From Rhodospirillales bacterium (GTDB lineage Bacteria; Pseudomonadota; Alphaproteobacteria; Rhodospirillales; Rhodospirillaceae), in NCBI GenBank assembly GCA_028281845.1, contig JANQJD010000013.1, forward strand, positions 11,615 to 75,614: 64,000 bases of DNA. Reading direction: 5' to 3'. Made by a program: the position numbers and the translations under genes. Numbering within the stretch: the first letter of the stretch is position 1; every line of letters begins with the position of its first letter. The notes under the pieces are model-generated. The model saw only the letters and a program-made list of their open reading frames with translations, was not told where the DNA came from and made no database searches. Below, in pieces: positions 50,570 to 59,856 of this stretch.

Positions 50570-50866
50570 ATGGAAGACCTCACACACGCAAGCCTCCCAC
50601 CAGACACGGCGATGAAATTAAGTGCTTATATTAAACGCTTAGAGCGATTGCTCGAGGAGATGGATCTCCTGAAGGATTCTCTGAAGGACCTGAAAGCAGC
50701 AATAAAGTCTGACGGTTTCAATGTCAAGGCCGTGGAGCGGGTTGTGGCATGCGGCCGGAACAAGGAAGCCGCTGATAAGGAAGCTGAGTTTATCAATGAC
50801 GTGCTTCTCTACGCCTCTGTCACAGGAACACCTATTACTATAGATAATCCAAGAAAATTTTGGTAA
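50570..50866 (+). CDS. gapR: DUF2312 protein (GapR-like nucleoid-associated DNA-binding protein)
   Basis: L..YI.R.ERL.EE...L...LK.....K..GF.VKA...V....... is a coiled-coil pattern like Caulobacter GapR. GGAGAGAGGAG RBS before ATG 50570. Confidence 0.68.
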   Translation: MEDLTHASLPPDTAMKLSAYIKRLERLLEEMDLLKDSLKDLKAAIKSDGFNVKAVERVVACGRNKEAADKEAEFINDVLLYASVTGTPITIDNPRKFW

Positions 50867-50915
50867 AAATATAGATTAATTACACTTTAATAGTAAAAAA
50901 AATGTAAAAATAAAG

Positions 50916-52793
50916 GTGATAAATCCTGTGGTTCCATCCTATCGCTCACATGCCTCTACTCGTGGTCGGGCTATGGCTGCTGCCCGTAGCTTGTGGCGGG
51001 CCACTGGTTTGACAGACGCAGATTTCGGCAAACCCATCATTGCCGTTGTGAATGCGTTTACCCAATTTGTACCTGGCCATGTTTCTCTGAAAGATGTAGG
51101 GGGAGTAGTGGCTGAGGAGCTCGCACGTGCTGGAGCTGTGGCACGTGAATTCAACACTATCGCTATTGATGACGGCATTGCAATGGGGCATGCCGGCATG
51201 CTCTATAGTTTGCCCTCCCGTGAGCTTATCGCTGATTCTGTTGAGTACATGGTCAATGCTCACTGTGCTGATGCGATGCTCTGTCTTGCGAGCTGTGACA
51301 AGATTGTTCCAGGGATGTTAATGGCGGCGTTGCGTCTGAATATCCCAACGGTATTCGTTGCAAGTGGCCCTATGGAAGCAGGCAAGATGATCATGGGAGG
51401 CGAAAAACAGACGGTTAAGACGGTTAGCCTTGTCGATGTCATAACAGCTGCAGGGGATGACGGGAGTACCGATGCAACTGTCGAAGCGTTTGAACACTCA
51501 GCCTGTCCGACATGCGGATCCTGTTCTGGTTTGTTCACTGCTAACTCAATGAACTGCCTCCTAGAAGCATTGGGGCTAGCGTTACCTGGCAATGGGAGCC
51601 TGCTCGCGACTCACACGGACCGTGAGTCCTTATTCCGTCGCACCGCTCGCACGGTGGTCGAGATAACCCGAAAATATTATGAGGATGACGACTCATCAGT
51701 GCTGCCTAGGTCAATTGCTTCTTTCCAAGCCTTTGAAAACGCGATGACTCTTGACATTGCCATGGGTGGCTCAACCAATACCGTCCTGCACTTGCTGGCA
51801 GCCGCTCACGAAGGAGGAGTCGCGTTCACCCTGGCAGACATTGATCGCCTGTCGCAAAGAGTGCCGCACTTGGTTAAGATTGCCCCAGCCACACAAGATT
51901 ACTATATGGAACATCTTCACAGGGCTGGCGGTGTCATGGCTATCTTGGGCGAACTGGACCGCGGTGGTCTTCTCCACAGGAACGCTCTGACCGTTTATGC
52001 GCCCATGCTAGGCGATGCGATTGTCGCATGGGATGTACGACAAACTATGGATCCTGCCGTGCAGGCCTTCTATCGTGCGGCTCCAGGTGGTACGCGCACG
52101 ATTCTTTCTTGCAGTCAGACACAGCGCTATCTCACTCTTGATCTGGACAGAGTCGGAGGCTGCATTCGTGATATTGCGCATGCCTACAGTGCAGATGGTG
52201 GGCTAGCCGTACTGTATGGTAATCTTGCCCCTGATGGGTGCATTGTGAAGACAGCAGGAGTAGATACGACGATCCTTGTTTTTTCTGGACCAGCAGTGAT
52301 CTGTGAGAGCCAGGATGAAGCGGTGGACCGCATCCTCAGTGGTGGGGTGCGAGACGGGGATGTGATCGTCATACGCTATGAGGGCCCTAAGGGGGGGCCG
52401 GGCATGCAAGAGATGCTCTACCCGACAAGCTACCTGAAAGCAAGGGGACTGGACAAAACGTGTGCTCTTGTTACGGATGGCCGATTTTCTGGGGGCACGT
52501 CTGGCCTGTCTGTTGGGCATGTGTCACCAGAGGCGGCAGAAGGTGGTGCGATAGCCCTGCTAGAGCCAGGGGATTCTATCCACATTGACATTCCGGCCCG
52601 GAAAATCCACTTAGCAGTCAATACAGATGAGTTAGAAAAGAGACGCAGGGCCAGACAGGTGCCGCAGGCGGCGGCTGCTTGGATGCCAGCGCGTCGCGAC
52701 AGGCCTGTTTCTGTAGCCCTGCAAACCTATGCTCTGCTGACGACAAGCGCAGCGCGAGGGGCTGTGCGTGATCTGACGCAGGTCAGGTCATGA
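50916..52793 (+). CDS. ilvD: dihydroxy-acid dehydratase
   Basis: YRS...T.GR.MA.AR.LWRATG N-terminus, CDKIVPGM, and C-terminal [12 protein letters not shown] start at 50916, or possibly 50928. Confidence 0.95.
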   Translation: MINPVVPSYRSHASTRGRAMAAARSLWRATGLTDADFGKPIIAVVNAFTQFVPGHVSLKDVGGVVAEELARAGAVAREFNTIAIDDGIAMGHAGMLYSLPSRELIADSVEYMVNAHCADAMLCLASCDKIVPGMLMAALRLNIPTVFVASGPMEAGKMIMGGEKQTVKTVSLVDVITAAGDDGSTDATVEAFEHSACPTCGSCSGLFTANSMNCLLEALGLALPGNGSLLATHTDRESLFRRTARTVVEITRKYYEDDDSSVLPRSIASFQAFENAMTLDIAMGGSTNTVLHLLAAAHEGGVAFTLADIDRLSQRVPHLVKIAPATQDYYMEHLHRAGGVMAILGELDRGGLLHRNALTVYAPMLGDAIVAWDVRQTMDPAVQAFYRAAPGGTRTILSCSQTQRYLTLDLDRVGGCIRDIAHAYSADGGLAVLYGNLAPDGCIVKTAGVDTTILVFSGPAVICESQDEAVDRILSGGVRDGDVIVIRYEGPKGGPGMQEMLYPTSYLKARGLDKTCALVTDGRFSGGTSGLSVGHVSPEAAEGGAIALLEPGDSIHIDIPARKIHLAVNTDELEKRRRARQVPQAAAAWMPARRDRPVSVALQTYALLTTSAARGAVRDLTQVRS

Positions 52794-52856
52794 GGTGAGG
52801 TGAGTGAGGAGTGAGTGGGCACACACATTGCATTGCGCATGCATGCACGTGACGTG

Positions 52857-52876
52857 AGAAGTCCTTAGAAGTCCTT
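52857..52876. repeat. perfect tandem duplication, 2 x 10 bp (agaagtcctt)
   Basis: Read directly. In the convergent gap between ilvD and the ABC-2 permease gene. Confidence 0.9.
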
Positions 52877-52940
52877 GTCGTCTTCGTCCAGGTACAGGAA
52901 CCCATGTTTCTCTTTTGATGCACATAACTTAAACAAGTGC

Positions 52941-53762
52941 TTATTCTCCTATATTCAGAAAGAGCCCATGCTTGCGTGCACTGTGAAACATGCTGAGAGC
53001 GAGAATTGTGGCGGCCATAAAATAGCCAGCATTGAGAGACAAAGCGTAAATTATATGTTTGATGTTCAGGGTGCCTTCAAAAAGTACTTGGCGCATCCCC
53101 TCGAAAACATGGGCCATTGGGAGGGCTGTCGCGATCATTTGCAGCCATTCCGGTAATGTTGAGACGGGATAATATATCGCAGCCAGTGGAGCAAGAGCAA
53201 AAACTAGTACCCATGCCAAACTTTCTGCCCCCAATCCGAAGCGGAGAACTAGCGCTGAGACGGCCAGCCCCGCACTCCAGCCACTTATCAACAAGTTCAC
53301 GAAGAATAAGATCAATGAAAGACCTAGATCAAAGATGTTAAATTCGTAAAAGACAATTGCCAGGAAAACTGCTGGGATAAGGCCGAGGACAGTCCGTAAC
53401 AGACTCATCGCCACCAGCGCCGTGATCAGCTCATATGGGCGCAAGGGCGTTACAAAAAGGTTGCCAAGATTGCGCGACCACATCTCTTCCATAAAGGACA
53501 GCGACACCCCTAAATTGCCACGGAAAAGGACATCCCATAAAAGTACGCCACCCATTAACACGCCAGTTCCTTGCACCAACCAACTCGAATGACTCTGGAG
53601 AAATTGGCTGGTAAACCCCCACAGAATCATGTGAATCGTAGGCCAGTAGGCTGCTTCTGCAAAGCGAATCCATGAGGCACGTAGAAGATAAAAGTAACGC
53701 AAAATCATAGCGCCGATTCTGCGAAATGAGAGATTTTTATCTATTTTATTAGATAGAGTCAT
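52941..53762 (-). CDS. ABC-2 type transporter permease (YadH-like), no adjacent ATPase gene
   Basis: 273 aa with about 6 TM segments. ABC-2 permease-like N-terminus (ILRYFYLLRASW.R) and an AT-rich promoter-like region upstream. Confidence 0.68.
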   Translation of the reverse strand: MTLSNKIDKNLSFRRIGAMILRYFYLLRASWIRFAEAAYWPTIHMILWGFTSQFLQSHSSWLVQGTGVLMGGVLLWDVLFRGNLGVSLSFMEEMWSRNLGNLFVTPLRPYELITALVAMSLLRTVLGLIPAVFLAIVFYEFNIFDLGLSLILFFVNLLISGWSAGLAVSALVLRFGLGAESLAWVLVFALAPLAAIYYPVSTLPEWLQMIATALPMAHVFEGMRQVLFEGTLNIKHIIYALSLNAGYFMAATILALSMFHSARKHGLFLNIGE

Positions 53763-54276
53763 ATTTACCCTTTGTATAACAAATTACTGATTTTTTAAGA
53801 AAATAAAACAAATATTTTAATCTTATTATTGTGTGTCGTGATACATGGTGATACCATCCGTGCCAGCCTTAGAGGTGCCTGCAAGGCAGACCGAAATTCG
53901 GATCTATTACCCCAGGTTTTACTGAAAACTGTCTTACTTTTATGTACCTGCAGTCTCGCAGATCATTGCGAACAATGTGCATATTACGCGCTTTGCGCAC
54001 GTTGATGTAGCCATGGATCAAAATGGCTGCCACAATACAGAACGCCTAGCCTTCGCCTCGGGAAGGCCTTTGCTTTGTCTGTCATGTCCAGCAGATGGGA
54101 TGGGTCGTATCTCGGCCACTCAGAAAAATCGCGCGTTACGAAAGCGTCTGGATGCTGGATGTTCTCGCTCATGAGATGATTCTGTCGATACGCCACTGTG
54201 ATCTATTTTAGAAAAAAAAGACAGCTTTCCCGTGTCTCTGCCATTGGTCAAAGACCCATTGCTGGGATATTCAGTC

Positions 54277-55128
54277 ATGTGGATCAGAACTGTTTTCATC
54301 GTCTTGTTCAGTCTTGGACTGGCTTTGGGTCTCTTTTTTGTAGAAATTCTTGAAAAAATAGATTGGAAAAGTCATTATAAAGCATTAATAGCACAAGAAG
54401 TTTTAGAATCTACTGGACGTAGATTTTTTATTAAGGGTGCACTGGATGTGCGTCTCTCATTCAGGCCCACACTTATCATGCATGACGTGGCGTTCGCAAA
54501 CGCACCCTGGGGCTCAAGGCATAATATGATGACGGCCAAAGAATGTGCGATTCAGATCGCTTTGCTGCCATTGCTGAGTGGCTGTATTAAGATCCGCCGT
54601 TTGACTTTGATAGAGCCTAACATGATAGTTGAAATCACGCGTGATAGACAGAACAACTTGATGTTCGACGCACCCACTGTGCGAGAGTCAGGCGGGCCTA
54701 GTGGCAGAGGCCGGCTCACAACACTTCCTGCCCTTACCGTGACAGCTGTCACAATCAGGCAGGCGACGGTTATAGTGCGAGATAGCAGCATGCATGCAAC
54801 GCAGCATGAAGGGCCCGCTGTTCATATTCTACACCTTAATTATCTTGCTGCTGCTACTAGTGGCCTATATGAGCAGAATGTTCTGTCCTTTGAGGGACGG
54901 CTGGGAAAGATGCCGATACGCGGTCAGGGTAAGGTTGGGGCAATAGCGGATCTGCTGACTAACCGTCCGTTTGCTATCGATTTAGCAATTGCGACTGCAG
55001 ATGTTTCTTTTTCCATGACAGGAATCATTACACGTCCATTGGACGGCACGGATCTTGACCTCTCAATTCAGACATACGGTACGGATCTGACCAGATTGGG
55101 CCACAACATGACGGGATTTCCCGCATGA
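54277..55128 (+). CDS. AsmA family protein, N-terminal domain only (probably truncated)
   Basis: N-terminal TM anchor MWIRTVFIVLFSLGLALGLFF followed by AsmA-type repeats (..I.I..L.L..P.....R). Only about 283 aa and followed by about 500 bp without an ORF. Confidence 0.5.
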   Translation: MWIRTVFIVLFSLGLALGLFFVEILEKIDWKSHYKALIAQEVLESTGRRFFIKGALDVRLSFRPTLIMHDVAFANAPWGSRHNMMTAKECAIQIALLPLLSGCIKIRRLTLIEPNMIVEITRDRQNNLMFDAPTVRESGGPSGRGRLTTLPALTVTAVTIRQATVIVRDSSMHATQHEGPAVHILHLNYLAAATSGLYEQNVLSFEGRLGKMPIRGQGKVGAIADLLTNRPFAIDLAIATADVSFSMTGIITRPLDGTDLDLSIQTYGTDLTRLGHNMTGFPA

Positions 55129-55256
55129 ATAATAGTTCGTTCATCAGTTGGCAGTTTCTTCAGAGTCCTGATTGACTGAGAGAGTGTCCCTGCACGACAC
55201 GAGACGCAAAAGAAGAAAGAAGGGAGAATCGACACTCATGCCCGCCCACAATCTCT

Positions 55257-55278
55257 CGCTCTCAATGCGCTCTCAATG
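55257..55278. repeat. perfect tandem duplication, 2 x 11 bp (cgctctcaatg)
   Basis: Read directly. In the gap downstream of the AsmA-like gene. Confidence 0.9.
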
Positions 55279-55432
55279 TGAGAGCGACCAATCAGAGATT
55301 GAGATTCTCTATACCCGGGGACTTCCTTGGGAAAGGAAAATTTTCTTCTGCTTGTCAAGTCTAAGAGAACAGGGGCCACATCTCTGTGAGAGACCCCGCT
55401 CTCCGGGTGATGAATCATCGCGTTTGGAGTAT

Positions 55433-55448
55433 GAGCGGAGGAGCGGAG
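55433..55448. repeat. tandem duplication, 2 x 8 bp (gagcggag) plus a 3-nt partial third copy
   Basis: Read directly. In the same gap as the previous repeat. Confidence 0.85.
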
Positions 55449-55635
55449 GAGGGCTACAGTCTTGTCATCAATCGTGTAATCGTGTGCAACATGTAAGAAA
55501 GTAGACAGACACCACAGCGCGCTCTGCAGCGTAGCAATTTTTTATTCTTTTAAAAGATTATTGAAGTATTGCATCTAATTTTAAGACGAAATAAGCCTCC
55601 ATTTTTTTTACGGCAGTTGCATTAACGCCAAACAG

Positions 55636-57006
55636 GTGATGTCCATGACAGATAACATTAACCTCTTAACAGATAACATTAACCTCTTAAATGATTTGCT
55701 TACCAGGGCAAAAAAAATGGGGGCCGATGAAGCCGATGTCCTTCTGGTCAATGCTGTTTCACTCACAGTGTCATGGCGTCTTGGGACGCTTGAACGCTTG
55801 GAAAGAGCTGAAGGCAGTGATATTGGCCTGCGCGTCCTTATCGGTAACCGCCAGGCCATTGTGGCCTCTTCAGATTCTACATCGCCTTCCTTGGATGATT
55901 TAGCAGAACGGGCTGTTGCCATGGCGCGTACAGTGCCTGAGGATCCCTTTTGTGGTCTGGCTGAGCCTCCGTTGTTGGTACGTGAGCCGCTCCCAGACCT
56001 TGACATTTTGGATACCGTTGAGCCCTCAGCAGAGGGTTTAATTACGATGGCCCGCACGGCAGAAGAATCTGGACGTGCTGTCCATGGAATTACTAATTCC
56101 CAAGGGGCGACTGCTGCTTGGAGTCGTCGCGCAATGACTCTAGTAGGTTCCAATAAATTGGCTATTCACTATGCGGGCTCTCATGCTTCGTTGTCTGTTG
56201 CTCTTTTGGCCGGGGATGAGGAAAAAGGCATGGAGCGCGATTATGACTATACCTATGCCGTTCACAGCACTGGGCTACGTTCGGCAGAAGACGTGGGACG
56301 GACTGCCGCGGCCCGCGCTCTAAAACGCCTGGGTGCGCGTAAGGTGGAGACACAGGTTGTGCCGGTTGTCTATGAGCCGCGAGAGGCCTGCAGCTTAGTG
56401 TCACATTTTCTCTCGGCCATCAATGGCGTGAGCGTGACATGTGGTACGACTTTCCTCAAAGACAGTCTGCACCAACCAGTGTTTGCCGCTGGAGTGACAA
56501 TCGTCGATGACCCGTTACGCCAGCGTGGTTTGCGCTCGAAACCCTGCGATGACGAGGGTCTTCCCACAAAGCGCTGCGTTTTAGTTGCGGATGGGGTGTT
56601 ACAGAGTTGGCTACTTGATCTACGCTCCGCGCGACAACTTGGTCTAAGAAGCACTGGTCATGCCAGCCGTAACACGGCAGGGCCTCCTGTTCCAGCGCCG
56701 ACAAACGCCTATCTGTGCCCTGGCTCCTTGGAGCCCGCTGCCCTCATCTCCGATATTCAGCAGGGTCTTTATGTGACAGAACTGTTTGGTATAGGCGTTA
56801 ATGGGGTAACGGGAGATTATAGCTGTGGTGCAGCTGGTTTCTGGATTGAAGAAGGAAAGATTAGTTATCCTGTACACGAAGTCACGGTAGCGGGTAATCT
56901 TAAAAAAATGTTCAAGACTCTTAGCATTGCTAATGACATAGAGTTTCGTGACGGGATTGACAGCCCAACGGTGCGCATAGAGGGTATGACCGTCGCTGGC
57001 CGTTAG
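55636..57006 (+). CDS. pmbA: TldD/PmbA family metalloprotease
   Basis: 456 aa. Conserved C-terminal GDYS.GA.GFWIE.G....PV...T.AGN block. Start ambiguous among GTG 55636, ATG 55639 and ATG 55645. Confidence 0.85.
   Translation: MMSMTDNINLLTDNINLLNDLLTRAKKMGADEADVLLVNAVSLTVSWRLGTLERLERAEGSDIGLRVLIGNRQAIVASSDSTSPSLDDLAERAVAMARTVPEDPFCGLAEPPLLVREPLPDLDILDTVEPSAEGLITMARTAEESGRAVHGITNSQGATAAWSRRAMTLVGSNKLAIHYAGSHASLSVALLAGDEEKGMERDYDYTYAVHSTGLRSAEDVGRTAAARALKRLGARKVETQVVPVVYEPREACSLVSHFLSAINGVSVTCGTTFLKDSLHQPVFAAGVTIVDDPLRQRGLRSKPCDDEGLPTKRCVLVADGVLQSWLLDLRSARQLGLRSTGHASRNTAGPPVPAPTNAYLCPGSLEPAALISDIQQGLYVTELFGIGVNGVTGDYSCGAAGFWIEEGKISYPVHEVTVAGNLKKMFKTLSIANDIEFRDGIDSPTVRIEGMTVAGR
55648..55689. 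repeat. perfect in-frame tandem duplication, 2 x 21 bp (acagataacattaacctctta) inside pmbA
   Basis: Read directly. It starts on a codon boundary and encodes TDNINLL-TDNINLL at residues 5-18. Confidence 0.92.
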
Positions 57007-57024
57007 AACAGGCGTAACAGGCGT
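57007..57024. repeat. perfect tandem duplication, 2 x 9 bp (aacaggcgt)
   Basis: Read directly. Begins at the first base after the pmbA stop codon. Confidence 0.88.
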
Positions 57025-57067
57025 ATAACGATAAAGACCTCTTAATTCTAAAAGAAAGAGGACCGCA

Positions 57068-58117
57068 ATGGTTGGATACAGGGTTGCTGTTATGGGTGCA
57101 ACTGGCAACGTCGGCCGTGAGATGCTGCGCCTTCTCGCAGAGAGAGATTTTCCCACAGAAGAGGTGATCGCGCTAGCTTCAGAACGCTCTGTTGGGAAAG
57201 AGGTTGTGTGCGGCAGGAAGAAAGTTCTGAAGGTACGGGATCTGGCGACATTTGATTTCACAGGAGTGGACATTGTTCTGTCTTCACCAGGAGCCGAGGC
57301 TTCTGCTCGGTACACTCCTCAAGCCGTATCCTCTGGATGTGTTGTGATCGATAACACGTCATATTTTCGTATGGAACATGACGTGCCTCTGGTAGTTCCT
57401 GAGGTTAATCCCCAGGCCATTGCCGACTATAGAAAACGGAACATTATTGCTAATCCCAATTGCTCAACCATTCAGATGGTGGTGGTGTTGCGAACATTGC
57501 ATGATGCTTTCCGAATCAGACGTGTAGTTGTCAGTACATACCAATCCACTTCTGGCGCTGGCAAGGACGCTATGGATGAACTATCTCAGCAAAGCGTTCG
57601 GCTCCTCATGAAAGAATCCCCTTCGCAGGAGCGAAGAAAATTTGCGAAGCAGATTGCCTTCAACATTATTCCACACATAGATTCTTTTATGGAGGATGGA
57701 ACTACCCGTGAAGAGTGGAAGATGGCTATGGAGACACGCAAGATTCTAGACTCTAGCATTGCCGTACACGCCAACTGCTGCCGGGTGCCGACTTATGTGG
57801 GCCATGCTGAATACGTGAACATCGAGACTGAACGGTCTCTTAGCGTTAATGATGCTCGTGTTGTTTTAGAAAGAGCGCCTGGGGTTGTCGTTATTGATAC
57901 TGACACAGCGACTGCGGTCACTGTTGCAAAAGACTACATGACACCTGTAGAAGTAACAGGAACGGATTGCGTCTATGTTTCCCGATTGCGTCGGGATCAT
58001 ACGGTTGACCATGGTCTCTCCTTTTGGTGCGTGGCAGATAATCTGCGCAAAGGAGCCGCTCTGAACGCCATTCAGATTGCGGAGATTTTGGTCAGAGACT
58101 ACATGAAACGGCCATAA
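57068..58117 (+). CDS. asd: aspartate-semialdehyde dehydrogenase
   Basis: GATGNVGREM NAD(P) motif and active-site NPNCSTI. 349 aa. Confidence 0.93.
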   Translation: MVGYRVAVMGATGNVGREMLRLLAERDFPTEEVIALASERSVGKEVVCGRKKVLKVRDLATFDFTGVDIVLSSPGAEASARYTPQAVSSGCVVIDNTSYFRMEHDVPLVVPEVNPQAIADYRKRNIIANPNCSTIQMVVVLRTLHDAFRIRRVVVSTYQSTSGAGKDAMDELSQQSVRLLMKESPSQERRKFAKQIAFNIIPHIDSFMEDGTTREEWKMAMETRKILDSSIAVHANCCRVPTYVGHAEYVNIETERSLSVNDARVVLERAPGVVVIDTDTATAVTVAKDYMTPVEVTGTDCVYVSRLRRDHTVDHGLSFWCVADNLRKGAALNAIQIAEILVRDYMKRP

Positions 58118-58172
58118 CCATAACCAACACGCACAGAATAGACACAACAGACACCCCGGAGCAGAAAGGTGA

Positions 58173-58259
58173 TGGTGCCCGCTGCTGGATTTGAACCAGC
58201 AAGGCCGATGAGCCAACGGATTTTAAGTCCGTTGCGTTTACCAGTTTCGCCAAGCGGGC
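58173..58259 (-). tRNA. tRNA-Leu (TAA), long variable arm, CCA encoded
   Basis: The reverse complement folds: acceptor GCCCGCT/AGCGGGC, anticodon stem ACGGA/TCCGT, loop CTTAAAA. 87 nt. Confidence 0.93.
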
Positions 58260-58286
58260 CACAGCCAGCTCCTCTAGTGAGTCAAT

Positions 58287-58310
58287 TCTTCTTATGACTC
58301 TTCTTATGAC
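58287..58310. repeat. perfect tandem duplication, 2 x 12 bp (tcttcttatgac)
   Basis: Read directly. Just upstream of tRNA-Leu. Confidence 0.9.
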
Positions 58311-58473
58311 ACTATGACACATTTCTTCTATTAGAACGGACGTAAAACATACTGGCCTATGCACCCTGGTACTCCAAGACCACTCCCATGAATCACAGGC
58401 ACAAGTATAGCGGCACAAGTCTTGTTTTATATTTTATCTACTGCCGCAGCACATCATGATAACGTTTCTCCTC

Positions 58474-58499
58474 ATTGTACGACATGATTGTACGACATG
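58474..58499. repeat. perfect tandem duplication, 2 x 13 bp (attgtacgacatg)
   Basis: Read directly. In the tRNA-Leu/purS gap. Confidence 0.9.
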
Positions 58500-59030
58500 A
58501 GCGCGTCATGCCAAGAGTGTTTGGCTGTAATCGCAGAAATTGCATAATCATCCAGCATTTTCCTGCAGCGGTCACATACTCCCTCTTGTGATCTCTGACA
58601 ACCCCAGTGTTATGGCAGGAAGACATGCGATGTGTTGCGTGTTTTAATTTTCTCCGGAGCGGAGATTTCTGCCCATTTGCTCATTTCACCTTTGCCTCTC
58701 TCTATCCTGCCAAGAGCATAATATAACGCCCCTCTCGGAGAGAGCAAGCCCTCTGTCCAGGATTTTAGCAGGAGTTAGGAGGGAGACCCTGTACACAAAA
58801 CGGGCTATTCTGCTCTAAAGCATTCTTCAGAGGGAAAACTAAGGCAGCGAACCCGTGTCCCAGCAGGCTCTCTATCGCGGCGCTATTGTCACGACACAGA
58901 GTCACTGCTATAATGTTGTGGATTGCGGAGCCTGGCGGATATGCTGCCGCTATCTCCTGCAAAGGGCACACTATGCCATAGGGGATGGCACAGTTCAGCT
59001 AAAGACAGAGTTCAGAAAAGAGGTCTAGCA

Positions 59031-59276
59031 GTGAAGGTTAGAATTCATATCATGTTAAAGAGCAACGTTCTAGATCCGCAGGGAAAGGCTGTTTCTACCG
59101 CCCTTCATCACTTGGGATACACCACTATTAATGATGTCCGGCAGGGAAAATACTTTGAGATTGATTTTTGTGAGAGTAATACGGCCAAAGCACGCCGCGT
59201 TGCGGAGCAAATGTGCAGAGATTTTCTGGCCAATGCAGTCACTGAGGATTTCACAATTGACGTGGTTGGTGCCTAG
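59031..59276 (+). CDS. purS: phosphoribosylformylglycinamidine synthase subunit PurS
   Basis: About 81 aa. V.I.LK..VLDPQG.AV..AL..LGY is a typical PurS pattern. GTG 59031 is preceded by AAGAGG. Confidence 0.85.
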   Translation: MKVRIHIMLKSNVLDPQGKAVSTALHHLGYTTINDVRQGKYFEIDFCESNTAKARRVAEQMCRDFLANAVTEDFTIDVVGA

Positions 59277-59383
59277 CCTGCCTCGCTCGGCAGGCCTTTG
59301 CAAGGGCTAGAGAAAGAATAAACTTTTAGGGAAAACTATAGACCACTGTCGCCAGACGGTTTAGTAACCCGAAAGGCGGCAAA

Positions 59384-59737
59384 TCAGCACGGAAGAACAC
59401 CCCGCTGTTCCATGAAACGCTTTAATTCCCCTGAATAGTACATCTCTCGCATGATATCACACCCTCCAACCAACTCCCCTTTGACATAAAGCTGGGGAAA
59501 TGTTGGCCAGTCCGAGAACTGTTTCAGACAATCACTCAGAGAACGATCTTCCAAAACATTCACACCTTTAAACTTCACATCCAATCTGGAGAGAATGTCC
59601 ACTGCCGAAGCCGAAAACCCACATCGTGGGAACATCGGCGTCCCCTTCATGTACAGTACCACTGAATACTCATTGATCTCCTGACGAATCCGATCGAAGA
59701 TAGGATTGTCCCCGACAAGGGGCTTCTGTTCCTGCAC
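59384..59737 (-). CDS. grxD: Grx4-family monothiol glutaredoxin
   Basis: CGFS active site (PRCGFS), WPT.PQLY, GG.DI. 117 aa. Confidence 0.92.
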   Translation of the reverse strand: MQEQKPLVGDNPIFDRIRQEINEYSVVLYMKGTPMFPRCGFSASAVDILSRLDVKFKGVNVLEDRSLSDCLKQFSDWPTFPQLYVKGELVGGCDIMREMYYSGELKRFMEQRGVLPC

Positions 59738-59752
59738 TTATAGGTCCTCCAT

Positions 59753-59768
59753 CTGCAATTCTGCAATT
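59753..59768. repeat. perfect tandem duplication, 2 x 8 bp (ctgcaatt)
   Basis: Read directly. Just upstream of the grxD start. Confidence 0.85.
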
Positions 59769-59856
59769 ATAATGCACACCCTTTACTTTAAAGGCTCGCA
59801 TCAAGGCCGCTTTTGTTCGTATGGACTCTGAACTCTGTAATGTCAAGAGGGAGTTT

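Noticed and set aside
55172-55504. 110-aa ORF downstream of the AsmA-like gene
   Set aside because: It spans an 11-bp and an 8-bp tandem duplication, so its frame cannot be ancestral. No homology was recognised.
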